NCBI GenBank assembly: GCA_040285855.1
Contig: JAUFOQ010000002.1
Location: forward strand, 868,001-932,000
DNA length: 64,000 nucleotides
Reading direction: 5' to 3'
From: Eukaryota sp. GEM-RC1
Lineage: Eukaryota
Within the stretch, counting starts at the first letter, position 1, and each line of letters begins with the position of its first letter. A model generated the notes under the pieces. It worked only from the letters and a program-made list of their open reading frames with translations, was not told the DNA's origin and ran no database searches. The translations under genes and the position numbers were made by a program. Shown here piece after piece: positions 23,996 to 37,289 of the stretch.

Positions 23996-25809
23996 ATGAA
24001 CCAACAAGTTCTAAGTCAACGGTATAGAGCATTTGTTGAGCCAGAATTTCTGTACACACTTTTTAAGATTTATACAACTTATTTTGGAAACATTATGCAA
24101 ACTCATAGATACATAGAGCGAAAGCTTTCGATACCTCTTCCAGTAGTCTTTCATCTTCTTCGCAATGAAGGTTCTCTAGTTAAATCCATAAGAAAAGATA
24201 CTGATACCTTGATCATTGTCAGTTACGCTGGTAAACCAGGCCTGGTTCTAGTCCGTGGCCCTCCTGAAGGCGTCCAAAATGCTTGTTTCCGTATACTTAC
24301 AGAATGGGATCGTATAGCATCTAAGAGCAGACTCAGCAGAATCATGTACCTCCCGGGCGTATCTCCCACATCGATGTTCTCATTCATCTCATACGATCCC
24401 TTCCTCTCTACATCCTACAGATTCCATCAGCCTCATTACGTCCTTCAATGCATAGATTCCGCTGCTTCTACCACCCCAACTCCTCTTCAACAGGATCTTG
24501 ACTCTTTCAACCGTCTAATCTCTTCCTTCCTCTCCAACCCAACATCAATCGACGCTGCCTCCTTTGAACAACCCCCTTTTAGAGCTGTCACCACCTCTTC
24601 CGATCAGTTCTTCAAGCTCTCTCAACATTTCCTCTCTTGTTTACCTGCTACGGGAATCACAAAGCTCAAGGCCAGGGCTATCCCGGGAAGAGTTGTTTTC
24701 CATTCAGTTGATAGTGAGTTCTTAAACAATTCCTTTTCTTTTGAACAATTCAAAGAGGGTCTTGTTGAAGGAAAGTTCTCCATGGGCTTTTCTCCTGGTT
24801 ACAATACTTCTAGAGCTGAGTTTGCTAAGGAATTGACAGAGATTGGTCACAAAGAGAACGCCACTGTTTTCTCAGATGTAGTTAGACTTTACACTGTCCC
24901 TGAGGAAGCTAGCATTTCTGAGTATAACACCCGATACACACAGTTTCAAGAGTCGAAGAAGACTGAAGATTCAACCGAGGATGAAGATTCATTTGAGTTG
25001 GATATGCCTTTTCCTGTTAATGTTCTTGTATCACGTCATTCTAATGACACGCAGAACTTCTGTATACGATCTTCTGGGAAAGTGATTTGTAAGCTTCCAA
25101 TCATTCTGAGCCATTCCTTCCGAAATCAGGCAGCGAATGAACGTTATGGATGTGATGTGCAAGTCAATATCAGTGCTCCAACTGTCAGTTTAAGCAAGAG
25201 TCAGTATAGGGAAGTTTTGAGGGTGTTGCAGCAAATGAAGTCTTTTCAGTGAATCAACCTTTTGAGTTGGAGAACTTGCCTGAATGGTCAACAATCACGC
25301 CACCCACCAATCCAGTTGTCTTCTATCCAACCCCCAATCCACAACAAATGAGCTTTACTAAAACAATCTTGACGTCACCCAACCATTCACTTTCTGTTTT
25401 TGTCCCTCAAATGACTAATTATTTTGTTTTGGAAAGATTCCCTTATGTTCCAGTCAGTTATGACCCTGATGACGTCACTCTCTTTGGTCTGCCAGATATG
25501 CGGTCAGATATTGTACCTTATCTTGGACTGAAATCAGCTAGTTATTCTGAGGATGATTGTATCAATTGTGATTCCCCATTATTTGATTTAACAAATGAAA
25601 ATGAATTTATTAAATTAGAACTGTTGGCTTTTCAGGCTTCAGAATTGGTATCTGAGATATTAAAAAAAGAAATGTTTAATTTCGATAAGGCTTCATTGGG
25701 TCACAAATTAGTTGATCACGTGGCAGAAGGTCCAAAGAAACAAGTAGAAAGCCCAAAAAGACAAACTGATAGTCCAAAAGAACGTTCAAAAGAAGCAAAA
25801 ATTTACTAG
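23996..25809 (+). CDS. Hypothetical protein with a degenerate KH-like domain (two overlapping ORFs)
   Basis: LLRNEGSLVKSIRKDTDTLI...VLVRGPPEGVQNA resembles a KH fold lacking GxxG. Frame change near 25245. Confidence 0.55.
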
Positions 25810-25833
25810 ACTGTAAATTTCAATTTTGATAAA

Positions 25834-26733
25834 TTATTTTCTTAAAAAACGTTGAGCATTAGCTTCACAAACTCTTTCCACTTCCTCCACATCAATCTTT
25901 TTGACAGCAGCAATAACTTCACACACCTGAACAACATTACAAGGTTCATTCCTATCCTTCACCATTGCTCCAGTCACATACCGCTCCCTCTTCACTGTCT
26001 TGTGTTTAGTTGATACAAACTCGAAAGAAGGATGTGTGGCTTTAATGGAGCAGTAGGGAGCATCGGTTTCTAGTAGAAGTCTGTCAAGAGGAAGTTGTTT
26101 AACAGCTTCAAGCCCTTCTTTTGTTCTTAAAGAGCATCCATTGATACCAATGTAGCTTCCTTTACTTAAGAACTGATCCATGGCTTCAACACCATCTGTA
26201 AAGCTGTGAATGACGGAATCCCTGGAAGAGAAGATACTGCTGTAATCCGATATGAAATTGAGCATATCAGAAGTGGAATTGCGACTATGTAAGAACAGTG
26301 GTAGTTGTTTATGATCTTCAGCCACAAGTGTCTTTAGTTGGAGATCAAAAATGTCATGCTGTTGTTGCTTGGAACTGAACTTGAAACGGTCATAGTCTAA
26401 ACCCATTTCACCTAAACAAGAGATGTAGGAAGATGATCGAACAATGTCTTGCATTTCTGCAATGTACTGGTCTACATTGCCCTGTTTAAGAACTTGACTT
26501 GATCGGGTTGGATGAATTCCAACTGTTGTTGAGAGATGCTCATGCTGTGAACAAAGGTTTAAAGCTGCTTTTGTATCAGCAAGAGTGCCAGAAGTTACAA
26601 TGATGTGATTAACATTAGCTTCAAGTGATCGATTGATAACATGAGTGAGGTCAGCATCATGCACTTTCTTCCCAAAGTAGAAGCCCTGGAAAGCTCCGTC
26701 TGTCAGATTAGCTCCAATGTCAGTGAAGGGCAT
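25834..26733 (-). CDS. TATDN1: TatD family DNase (TATDN1-like)
   Basis: Motifs DIGANLTD, TVGIHPTR, GEMGLDYDR, LPLFLHSR, HSFT, IGINGCSL, ETDAPYC and RNEPC. Confidence 0.92.
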   Translation of the reverse strand: MPFTDIGANLTDGAFQGFYFGKKVHDADLTHVINRSLEANVNHIIVTSGTLADTKAALNLCSQHEHLSTTVGIHPTRSSQVLKQGNVDQYIAEMQDIVRSSSYISCLGEMGLDYDRFKFSSKQQQHDIFDLQLKTLVAEDHKQLPLFLHSRNSTSDMLNFISDYSSIFSSRDSVIHSFTDGVEAMDQFLSKGSYIGINGCSLRTKEGLEAVKQLPLDRLLLETDAPYCSIKATHPSFEFVSTKHKTVKRERYVTGAMVKDRNEPCNVVQVCEVIAAVKKIDVEEVERVCEANAQRFLRK

Positions 26734-26949
26734 TGTTGAGAATATTACACAAAAAAAAATCAATTTACCGGAACAATCTACTTAACAAACCTTCGGGGCC
26801 TAAATCGGAGGCAGCCAGTTTTTTTTAGAGTGACAGCCATATGCTTTAAACAGGGAATAACAAGAATGACGTACACCATCATGAATAACTGAACGTAGAT
26901 GAATCAAAATACATAATTTCATCAACTAAAACAGTGTTATCTGAATTAG

Positions 26950-27200
26950 TTTTCAGTAAAACTTTGATTTATTTCCAATAATTGATTAACACACTGTACT
27001 AAATAGTACCGTGCACACTCAATGCAGGAATCGAAAAACGAAGTCGTTGAATACTTTTGCAAACGGATTAACTGTTGTAAAATCAACCACAAGTTGAGAG
27101 GAATCCAAGAAGGGAGCAATTGGATCAGCTTGCCGAGAAACAAACACGATATTTACTATCTAATCCTTCAGTTCATCTTCAATGTTACAGCGAAATAGCA
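26950..27200 (-). pseudogene. RLE retrotransposon relic
   Basis: Minus-strand frame RQADPIAPFLDSSQLVVDFTTVNPFAK matches the R-x-D...D-x-T...P RLE core seen in the other relics. Confidence 0.45.
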
Positions 27201-27785
27201 TAGTTACTAATGTAAGTAGCAAAGATCACACTAAGAAAACAACATAATCCCCCAGCAAAAACCTAACTGCTGGGTTAACTCAAGGGAAATGTTTTGATTA
27301 TTGCTGTGAGCAGTCACTGAGATTTGAACTGGAAACGATGGCATAGAACCATTGAACTAGCACGACCTCTTTCATTATTTTTTCGTTGTGTGATGTAATT
27401 AGAATACAGGTTGCTGCTTCATCTAATTATGCAGTTGAAGTAATGTTATTGAATACATACTGCTCTGGTGTTTCGATCATTCGGTATTTCAATTTATGGG
27501 AATTTGGGTTCTGCAGCTCAAACGCTTTTGTCATGTTTTAATCGATTGTGTTGAGAATTTGGCAAGATGTTTAAGATTAGTTTTTGGAGGGATCGTCTCG
27601 TTTTTTTTAAATTTCGTTCAATGTTTCAGTATTTCAACGGAGTTGTTGTTACCTTCAGTCGTTTTGAGAAAAAATTCGTTTTGTCAGAATCAATTCCTGA
27701 GATATATTCTGAAAAAATGAAGATTTTGAAAAGATATTGTATCTTAACTGAAAAATATCGCCAGGAAAAAATACAAACCAAGCTG

Positions 27786-27838
27786 TGGTACAGCCTACCC
27801 TCCCTGGGGTGACCTTAATGGGAGGGTAGACTGTACCA
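27786..27838 (-). other. GC-rich 19-bp hairpin
   Basis: On the minus strand: TGGTACAGTCTACCCTCCC-N15-GGGAGGGTAGGCTGTACCA, with a single G.U pair. Confidence 0.8.
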
Positions 27839-28119
27839 GATTTTATGACCTTTGTCATTTCCAAAGCGGTATATTTCCAACACAAAAGAATCTAAACATC
27901 AATTTGATCGCCAAAGAAATCACAGTTTGTTTAAATGATTTTTCGATGTAATTCTTCTAAAACTGCAATCATCTGTAAAAAAAGTAGTTTCAATAGTTTC
28001 TTCTATTAATTAAGGTGATCTTCTCGAAGATTAATTAACTGTAGCATACTGATAGAAAGTCAGACACAATTATCATTTCAATCATCAATCAAATAACTCT
28101 CATACAAGTAATTGATTTA

Positions 28120-28932
28120 TCACATCCACTGATTAGCTGCCTGAATATCTTTCACTACTTGACAAACTGGTTCTCCAGAAATTTGCCAGTGATGAGGTGG
28201 ATTGATATTCCAGTCCACGTGTTGACGAAACCAAGACTCAGAGCAGATTTCGGTATGGACACCCCAGTCGATAGAGCAAGAGGAAGAAGGAATTGCAAAT
28301 GTTGTGCTGGAAGCCGTATTTGAAAGAGAGTCTGTATGATCAACCTGAATACAACCCAATTCAGCTTCACAACCTAATGGATTATTTGGATTTTGTAGAT
28401 CGCCATAAAGAGGACAATTACGATAGCGATGATGACAGATAGCACCACAGCAAGTCCATCGTCCTGGAAGTAGAAATGGATATGCATTAGCTATGCACAT
28501 CTGACCACCAGAATCAATTAGAGAAACCCCATATGTCAGTTTACCAGCAACATCAACAGGAAGTTCATGGATCCCTTCCTTTGGATGTGTCCTACATTTT
28601 AAAGCAGGATCATAAAAGCTCAGACACCGAGCGCACTTATGTGTAGAACAATTCAGAAACAATACATGAAACAGGGATTCAGTTTGGCAGCTAGGACAAA
28701 AATGTGCAAAACGGAAAGCTTCCTCATCGTCATCTCTTGGATGTTGTTCAATGGATTGTTGGTTTGTGGAAAACGAACTCAGTGACGTAGATTTATCCCC
28801 TGAAGACGATAAAGACTGTTGGATTTCTGGAAAGTGGCGAAGACAGAATTGTTCCGAACAACTGAAGCATTCAACATGAGGAACGACACCAGCCTGCGAA
28901 CCAAATGAATGATGACAGATTTTGCAGGACAT
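28120..28932 (-). CDS. Cys/His-rich zinc-finger protein
   Basis: Motifs CKIC, CFSC...FCLRH, CPSC, CARC...CRTHP and WTCCG...GC...H. Confidence 0.7.
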   Translation of the reverse strand: MSCKICHHSFGSQAGVVPHVECFSCSEQFCLRHFPEIQQSLSSSGDKSTSLSSFSTNQQSIEQHPRDDDEEAFRFAHFCPSCQTESLFHVLFLNCSTHKCARCLSFYDPALKCRTHPKEGIHELPVDVAGKLTYGVSLIDSGGQMCIANAYPFLLPGRWTCCGAICHHRYRNCPLYGDLQNPNNPLGCEAELGCIQVDHTDSLSNTASSTTFAIPSSSCSIDWGVHTEICSESWFRQHVDWNINPPHHWQISGEPVCQVVKDIQAANQWM

Positions 28933-29181
28933 CAGATTCGATTTGATTAAGCAAATGAATTTGTAGATTCAATAATTCTCTGTAGTAAATGCTATTACTC
29001 TGACAAATCACTGGGTCTAACTCCTAGACCCAGCTCCAAATGATGTTTTGTTTCTGTCATGTAAACACAAAAGCGTCAATCTACAAATTTATGTCTCCAG
29101 CTTTAATGTATTTTTCAAACATCCAAAACAATTGAATCTGTTGGAAACTCAAAACACTAAGAGGGACAAGTAACTGCTAGT

Positions 29182-29670
29182 CTATTTGCTAGTTTGAATG
29201 ATATACATGAGGAAATTCAACGTTGACACAAGTGCAAAACAAACAAACTTGTTACCAAGTTTTGGGACAGGACCAGTAAGTAGCATGTGGAGAACGACTG
29301 ACAAGTAAACTCCAGAGAATAACCAACAACATAGCATTGAAACATGAAACAAATTCGTAAAAGCAAGAGAAAAAGGGCCTGTGTGTCGAAAGACAACATA
29401 CTGATAGAGACTAATATAAGAACTCGTGCAGGCAACATAAGTTCCAGCAATAGCTACGAGTAATAACCGATTTCTTGGAGAGGGTATTTCGTTCTTCTCG
29501 GTATAGAAAAAGCTTATACAAACATTCACCAAAGTGGCTACTAGCGGATAAATTGTGTTGTGAAACAACGGCAAATTGTCAAAAATCGGAATTAGAAGCA
29601 TCAGACTTTGTAATACAGCTATGAGGATCATTTGAGAACTCGTAGGACTTCTGTTTCTGTCGTCGTCCAT
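29182..29670 (-). CDS. Small multi-pass membrane protein
   Basis: 162-aa ORF with about 5 hydrophobic segments. Confidence 0.6.
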   Translation of the reverse strand: MDDDRNRSPTSSQMILIAVLQSLMLLIPIFDNLPLFHNTIYPLVATLVNVCISFFYTEKNEIPSPRNRLLLVAIAGTYVACTSSYISLYQYVVFRHTGPFSLAFTNLFHVSMLCCWLFSGVYLSVVLHMLLTGPVPKLGNKFVCFALVSTLNFLMYIIQTSK

Positions 29671-30412
29671 TTATTGAAACAAGACAAGAGGGTACTGAGA
29701 CAGCAATCATGAAAGTCCGATTTTCTTGTACAATACTGTAGATGTGTTTACTGTTGATTTTATCTGTAGATGTGTTTACTGGTGATTTTATCTGAGTAAA
29801 CTGTATAGTTGGATTGACAACTGTAGAATGTCTGAATTTCTCTCGTTCAGTTGAGTGTATCATTTGTATTTACCATTGATTTATTCTAATTTCGCTATAT
29901 TTTTGTGTTGTATGACAGAAAGTAGCCTCGTTGTCTGTCTGAAAGAAAGTGATGTCCAAACAGCCCAAAGTCATCGTAATCGTAAGGCAAACAAATTGTA
30001 ACCGTGACCTATTGTCTCTTAAATTTGGGATTTAAAAACATGCCCTTTTAGAAACACTAAAGCCCTAAATCTGTCCGAAAGCTGTTTTGACTGGTCAGTA
30101 TTGATCAATGTAAACACTTGGCGAAAGTATCGTTTACTTTCCAAAACTAAAGTTAAATTCAATTATTCTTGATCAAGAGCACTTGTTGATAATGGATGTT
30201 ATATGTAGGTGATCTCATATGCTAATGTGATTGACCATAGACTAGTACTGCGGATCAGCAGTTGGAAGTTCTTTATGAGCAAGTTCTGATGGGTAAATAG
30301 TTTACCAGTCACAACTTACAAGTTATGTGCACTACACGGTAAAATTACTCTGCATCACAACGCCAGCGCGCAGAATCTTCTTTATATATATTTTGACAAG
30401 TAGACGGTTTCT

Positions 30413-30743
30413 TTACAAATATGCTCCGTGAATCGTGATGTTTTGAGGTTCACAAATACGTTCCCGAAGCAAAAACTCTTTGACTTCATCTCTGTTATCT
30501 CCTGTGGTACACAACACTCTACCCACTTCGGGATCTTCTTCGATATACCCTCCAACGTTTAATTCACGCTTGAGAACGGTCAAGATCTTCTCCATATCGA
30601 AATTCTGAGGTTGCAGTAATTTGTTTGTTTCTTCGTTGAAGAGACCGAATGTGTACAATATCTCTTCTATCTATTCTACCAGACATCTTCGCAAAAGGTT
30701 CTTCTCCAGTACCGAAGTACAACGAATCTGTTTTCCGAGACAT
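30413..30743 (-). CDS. Translation initiation factor eIF1/SUI1-like (one frame break)
   Basis: IVHIRSLQRRNKQIT, then in another frame FDMEKILTVLKRELNVGG...DPEVGRVL..GDNRDEVKEFL...ITIHG. Confidence 0.8.
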
Positions 30744-30865
30744 GTCAAAAGTGAATTGATGTCAAACGAGCTATCTTGAAGAAGTTTTCTTTCGGATATC
30801 TACTCAACTCGAGGAACTAATACAAAACAAGAGAATTAAAAAACGAAGTGTTTATTAGATCAACA

Positions 30866-33800
30866 TTAAGGTTTTTCAGAAGTAATTCGAGGAACGTTCA
30901 GACTCTTCCTAAAGGAATCAATTTTTGATACAACTGCCGATTCGGTAGATGTTTTGGACAACTGAACAAGCAAATGGTCCACCTTTTGTTGATATTCAAT
31001 AATCTTACTAAAATTCTGTTCAAAAACACACCGTGTTAACACTGGTACTAAGCTCAAAAGTTCCTTTGTTACAGATTCTTTGGTCAACAAACAAATCTTT
31101 GGTATTGGTGTAGGTAAATTACAACTATCAAACCTCTTTACACTTGAGAACAGACAATCTCGATCATTAGAAGACATCATACTCACCTCAAGTGAAGCTA
31201 ATATCGAACACTTCTGAGCTTGAAACTTCTCTATTTGAGAATGAATCTCCAAAGACTTTACTGACAATTTCTTAGGAATAAACTCTAACCTCTCTTCAAA
31301 AGTGTCAAACAAATCAGACATTCTAGATTGAATCAGCTTCTTTTCAGCAAAACTTAGCAAACAATACTTTGGCGCCAAAACTCTTAACAAGTTATCCCTT
31401 AATAATAACAAATCATTCCTAAAGTGAACAGCTGTTGGATAGACAGAATCATCAACTCTAGTTACAATATCTAACAAGCAAATAGGACGAGGTACTGTTT
31501 CAATTTCTGAATAGTCAGGAACAAAGGAATCCTCCACAAAACAAGTAAATCTGGATGTTAGGAATCTAACAACTTCTCTAAATTCCATTCGTAGCTTTCT
31601 CAAATACTTCTCTTGAGATTGTTTTAGGTCTACAATCTGAGTATTAATTGCGGATAACTCAGCAGTACTTGATTGAGGAATTGTTTCAGTAACTTCAGTA
31701 AAGCTCACTGGGAGTTGCTCGTATTCTTGGAAACTTAGCACTCTAGACTTAATGTAATCGTGATAAAACAACGAGATACAATCTGGTAAGAAAGGTTTAA
31801 GTTCAAAACACAATGAATTGGACTCAAATAGACCCTGAACAGAAGGATATAGAGCATCCAAGTGAACAAAAGACGTGGAAATGAAGAACACATTGTTCTG
31901 GAGGAAGAAGGAATTACTCATGAAATTAGTCAACATTGAAGCACAAGTTGAAGACAATTCTTCGAACCATTGAGGAATATTACCTAAGAACAGGACTGAA
32001 TCACTTTGACTTCCAGAGACTTGGTTTAGAATTGAGTGGAGACCGTGTTCAGCACAGAAGTGTTGATCAGAGAACAGTTCAGGAGCAGAAATGTCATAGA
32101 ATTGTACAATGTTTAATTGATCCAAGATCATTGCACTCAAAACAGACTGACCAAAATCTCCATTTCCATGTAAAAGAAACTTTGAAATCCCAGGAGATTC
32201 CTTCTTGGGAACAGGGACTAACCCAAACCATTCTTGAGACTGAGATGAAAGAACAACCTCGGAAGCTAAGGGATCGATCATTGGAACTGAGGCATCTACA
32301 CTGCAGTTGGAAGGAAAAGTGACAGAATTTTCCAGCCAGTTTTTCAACTGATTCGGTAAATCTGTCTTTAAATAGAGAACAGAATTCGCTATTAGAAGCG
32401 TTGATAGTTGGAATCCTCTTTCTGGTACTCCTAAGAACAGATGGACCGACTCTGTTCAGAGCTAACATAAAGTCAGCTTCGTTAACTTCAAAGTTACGTT
32501 CAAAACCATGTACTTTTGAGGAAGTTAAAGAAAGATAAGCTTCAGGAAAGGTTCTTCTAATACAATTCATAACAGACTCTGCACACAAAGCCCTTAAGTC
32601 CGCACCACTAAATTCCTTAGTCTTTCGAACTAACACACTAAGCAACTCACTATCAGGCGGATTCTTCCATTTCCTTGTATAAATATTTAAAATATCTAAT
32701 CTCCCATGCTCATTAGGTAACTCGAACAACACTTCCCTATCAAACCTTCCCGGTCTTCTCAGTGCAGGATCGATATTATCAGGTCTGTTAGTAGCTGCTA
32801 GAACAAACACATTACCACGATCCTCAACTCCATCAATAAGAGCCAGTAGAGTGCTAACAACACTTGAGTAATGATTATCTGACCTACTGTTTCTAGGAGG
32901 TGTGAGCCCATCAATCTCATCAAAAAAGATTACTGATGGTGAGTGTTTCTTAGCTGCTTCAAACATTAAACGAAGCTGTCTCTCAGCTTCACCAACGTAT
33001 TTCGACATTATATCTGAACCTTTCCTAATAAAGAAGTTAAGTCCACTAACAGAGGCCAGAACTCTCGCCAGTAAGGTTTTACCAGTCCCCGGGGGTCCTA
33101 CTAAAAGGATTCCCTTTGGTGGAGTGACATCGAAGTGATTGAAGACATCGGGATAGAGGGAGGGGAGAATGATGGCCTCTTTGAGTGATCTGATTGTATC
33201 AGTGAGGCCGCCTACCATTGACCAATCAAACTCGTCGCTATCAAATTTGATTGGCTTGATGACGTCGACTGGTGTTCGTTTGTTATCAGCGTCAGAATCA
33301 CTAGAACTATCTGACGAGTCGTTTCCATTGACTAGTTCCTTTCTAGGCCAAACAGAAGACAGGGTTGTCCTTAAACGAGGACGACGACCTGTTGTAGCGA
33401 CAGTCAGGGGCTTTTTAGCTTTAGCCAAGGAGTCACGATCACGGAGAACAATTTTACGTGTAGATGCACGACTTTCAACCCTCTTTTGGGATGATTTTCG
33501 ACGAGAACGACGAGGTTTAGCGGGTTCTTCCTCAAAAGCAGAAGCTGAGTCTATATCAGAGGAGATGACAACAGGTTCTTCATCAGAAAGACAAGAAGAG
33601 TAGAGTTGGCTCTTGGGGTTTTGAGAATTGTCAAAGAGATCAGAATCCAAGTCATCAGGAGATTTAGCCTTTTTAGCAGGAGCTTGGGGGAAAGAAGCTG
33701 TCCTTTGCGAGTCTGAGTAGCTGGAACCTCAGACTCGTCAGAAGAAGAGAAGTCATTGGTAGTGGAGAATTGGATTTCTTCAACTTCGCTGTCGGAGGAT

Positions 33801-33907
33801 GATGACTGCGACACAGATACATCAGAGAGAGTTACTTGCTTTCGAGCGAGACGACGTGGTCTGGAACTTGACCGTGTGCTGTTTCGGGACCGTGTATTGT
33901 ATGGCAT
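30866..33907 (-). CDS. ATAD2/Yta7-like AAA+ ATPase with bromodomain (two frame breaks)
   Basis: Motifs GPPGTGKTL, RKGSDIMSKYVGEAERQLR, FFDEIDGL, SVVSTLLALIDG and PALRRPGRFDRE. Second AAA-like LLHGNGDFGQ; bromo-like VPDYSEI...PICL...Y...FRNDL. Confidence 0.9.
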
Positions 33908-34025
33908 AGAAGTGGGAGAAACTTAGTTGAAGGAAGACTGGTCTAGGTGCAGGGAAAAGTTAAAGTCAGTTTGCAAGAACACAGAAATTTTTGTCTGAAA
34001 AATTACTTACTAGTAGATGCAATAC

Positions 34026-34958
34026 CAGGGATACCGAAAAACATATTGCAATTATATTGCAAGAATATTTAATTGCAATAAATATATTGTGGTTTGCGAA
34101 CATTGCATTAAATATATTGATATTGTCGCCCGTTACAATAAATATATTACAATATTGCCAATACTCTACAGTGATTATAAATTGTTCTATAATGTGCTGC
34201 ATGTAACGTTATACGTTCCTGTAAGTAAATTGAGTGTGGTTACAAATTATTTGTTAAGCAGAAAGATTTATTGTTGATGGAAGCAGATACTAGAGCGAAG
34301 CTGATCTTCATATGAAACAAGAATAATCTACAAACAAAATACAACAACACAGAAACAGATCCCGTGTTTAAACTCCGAATCATTATTCAGTTGTTGAATG
34401 TATTTGGATATAAGGACACTGACAAATGACGGATTTGATGGTGTTCTCGTCTCAATGTTTTATGCCAAATCTGCAATGTCACAGGTTTTAGAATAGTTCT
34501 TGTGTTTGGTCTATAAACATTGAATTCCTTACTTTTCTATACTTGTTAGTAACAAGTATCATCTTGTTGTTTGTTGTAAGTGTAAAGTAGTAAGAGCTGA
34601 GCTTCAATAGGTTCGGGGATATGGGCCGTTACCTTTAAGGTTACCTAAAAGCCGAAGGGGGTTTCCAATATAAGATAAAGGATCAGACAATATTTTTGCA
34701 CTGGGGTGCTGCCATGAAGTCATAAAAATTTAAGATCATCATGACACTTTGGATCTTCGTAAGTTGGTATATTCACATACTCTAATATCTCTCAAAGTCT
34801 AAGAACACAAGAACCAACTTGTTCTGTGAATTATACGAGTCCAAATATTGCATTATATTACAATAACTTCAGTCTTGCAATAAATATAGTGTACTAGTGG
34901 AACAGGCACAATATGTATTGCAATATATGACACTATAGTATAATTTTCGGTATCCCTG
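34026..34958. mobile_element. Non-autonomous TIR element (hAT-like termini)
   Basis: Perfect 15-bp TIR CAGGGATACCGAAAA and ATTGCAAT subterminal repeats. Only ATAC is duplicated at the flanks. Confidence 0.8.
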
Positions 34959-34979
34959 ATACAAGAATATATTAAAATG

Positions 34980-35370
34980 TACTTATAAATGTAACACAAG
35001 TGCATGATGTACTATCAAATGATCATCAATTTGTGAAATGATTTTCAATGTTGCTGTTGCAAGTAATTGCCGATTGCTCATTACTAATGTGTCATTAGCT
35101 AGGATGTAGCCGCTACAGAACTTATCGAGCTTGTATGCATGATACTTTAAGAGAAATACAAACAGATACATGCTATGTTTAAGTCCTACAAAATGCAATC
35201 AATTGTTGAACCAGTTCTAAAACTTTTTAGAAATACATAATTGCAGCGACGAAAAACAAAACCAATTTTTTCGTGAAATGGGAGCAGACGTTGTTGTCAG
35301 TTCTTCTTCAGACAAAATATATGTTGTCGATGTGCTGGTTGTTTATATTTGCAAAGAGACATCCTAAAAC
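34980..35370 (+). pseudogene. Degenerate copy of the RLE retrotransposon at 45.6-46.7 kb
   Basis: GAGCAGACGTTGTTGTCAGTTCTTCTTCAGACAAA... (ADVVVSSSSDKIYVVDV) matches RRADVVVPSSSDKLFVVDV. Confidence 0.7.
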
Positions 35371-35743
35371 TGTAAATTGAAGAAGGGAGCAAAAATACAC
35401 ATCAAAATAAATGCTAATAAACACTAAACACAGAACATTCCTGGTCAACACTACCATAATTCTTATAGAACTGCATCATAATTGATTTAATAAACTTAGG
35501 CATCGAACAGAACAGAGAAAAAATTAAACAATCATGACAAATTGATAAGTTAAATATCTTATTCTGAGACTCAAAATCAGTTACAAACTGAGATGCCGTT
35601 TCACCGATACAGTGTACCACCGAAAATAGAAATGGCAACTGGAACAATTACAAATTTTTTAGTGTTGTCATTTTCACTATTAGTGTTAAGGTATTTTGAT
35701 CCAAATTCTATAGGTTCAAATTCTATGGGTTGAATATCCCCAT

Positions 35744-37213
35744 TGGGACTGTGCAGGTTCGGGTTTAGGTTTCAAACCAAACCTAGCTGAACCTAAACAT
35801 TTTTTCATAAAACCAAACCAAACCTAAACCTAATAAAAGCAAACCTAAACCTTTAGTTTCAGAACTGTAGGAAAATGAAACACATTCAATTTCAATAACC
35901 CTCTGACGCTTACATTATATATGAACGATCTTAACGCTTCTATTGACGAGAACTTTTCTGAAATTCTTAAGTCTTAAGGCAGGGGTGGGAAAACAATATT
36001 GCTCTCCCAATATTGCAATAAATATTGCTTCCATATTTATTGCCGCTCTTTGAGGTGGAGCAATATTTATTGTTACACCGGTTAATTATCGCAATTGTTG
36101 CAATAATGGTCAATTTACTTTGAGTTGTTCATTTCGTAGTTTTGCATCACCATTTGGACTTCCAAAACCATTGTTGTTGTCTTATGTGTTTAAATATAGT
36201 GAGAGTTGATTTATCGTTGATGATTTCTAGTTGGTGTATTGTCATAATGTCTGTCATTTGAGCTCAGTTCAACTGTTAACTAAAAGTACAATGTAAATTC
36301 TTTCTCTCACACTTCTGATTCTACATTGTCATAATTGCTTCTAACGACGAAGCCCAAAGAAACAGCACTATTCTATTATACGAAGTTAGATCCTCAACCA
36401 AGAAATACTCATTGAGAGCAAAGGAAAAAAAAGAGTCTCGGTACATTGATTTAAACTTTATTCCTTCTACCTCTAACATATGTGAACGAATGTTCAGTAA
36501 ATTAAAAAGAGTGATCAATTGCCACAGATTTTCTCTTAAGCCTTCGAGTCTTGAAATGCAAATATTGATGAAGGAGAACAGTGACTTTTGGGATGAAGCT
36601 ACTTTAAACATATCATGAGCAGTACAAAATACAAATTCGAAGATGTAGATAATGGTATTGAGATTATTTCGGATATTTCTGATGATGAGGAACAATAGAA
36701 TACATGTATGTGAGTTTTTTGTAATTAATACATAATATGATTCATATTGTTGCATTATTGCAATATTGCAATATTGGTCCAATAATTGCAATATTTATTG
36801 GCACTATTTCAGAATTGCAATATTTATTTTGTGGCTAAACAATATTTATATTTATTGCAATATTGTTTTCCCACCCCTGTCTTAAGGATTGGAGACGATT
36901 TTTCGAAAAGAAAAGTAGCACCACTAGTAGTTGTTTGTGATACTTGAGCATTAATAACAAAGCTTATCTAGTACTACCGTAAGAACAACTTTATTTTGAC
37001 AGTGTTCCACTGAACTACAGTGTATTTTTAATTCATAATACATATCGGGTTTACTAGGTTTAAACCTAAACCTTTTTTTTTACAAAACCTAGCTGAACCT
37101 AAACCTAAAACTTAAAAACCTAGCTGAACCTAAACCCATTTTTGGAAAACCAAACCAAACCTAAACCAGGTTTGGGGTTTGAAACTTTTGAAACCCAAAC
37201 CTGCACAGTCCTA
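35744..37213. mobile_element. hAT MITE (outer)
   Basis: TIR TrGGACTGTGCAGGTTyGGGTTT, 8-bp TSD ATCCCCAT and AAACCT subterminal repeats. Confidence 0.92.
35980..36879 (+). mobile_element. Non-autonomous hAT element nested in the previous one
   Basis: Perfect TIR CAGGGGTGGGAAAACAATATTGC, TSD TCTTAAGG and a dimerisation-domain relic FIPSTSNICERMFS...RFSLKPSSLE. Confidence 0.95.
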
Positions 37214-37289
37214 ATCCCCATTTTACCAATTCCCACAAACTCTTTTTACTTATGGGATATACTTTTGAAATGCTTTGGGACTCAGGACA

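Noticed and set aside
4483..33907. Genome-wide programmed frameshifting (Euplotes-like) to explain the split SNF2, ATAD2, eIF1 and other ORFs
   Set aside because: Shifts go both +1 and -1, fall in assorted homopolymers without a common stop-adjacent motif, and include compensating pairs (e.g. ~38855-38905). Consensus indel error is simpler.
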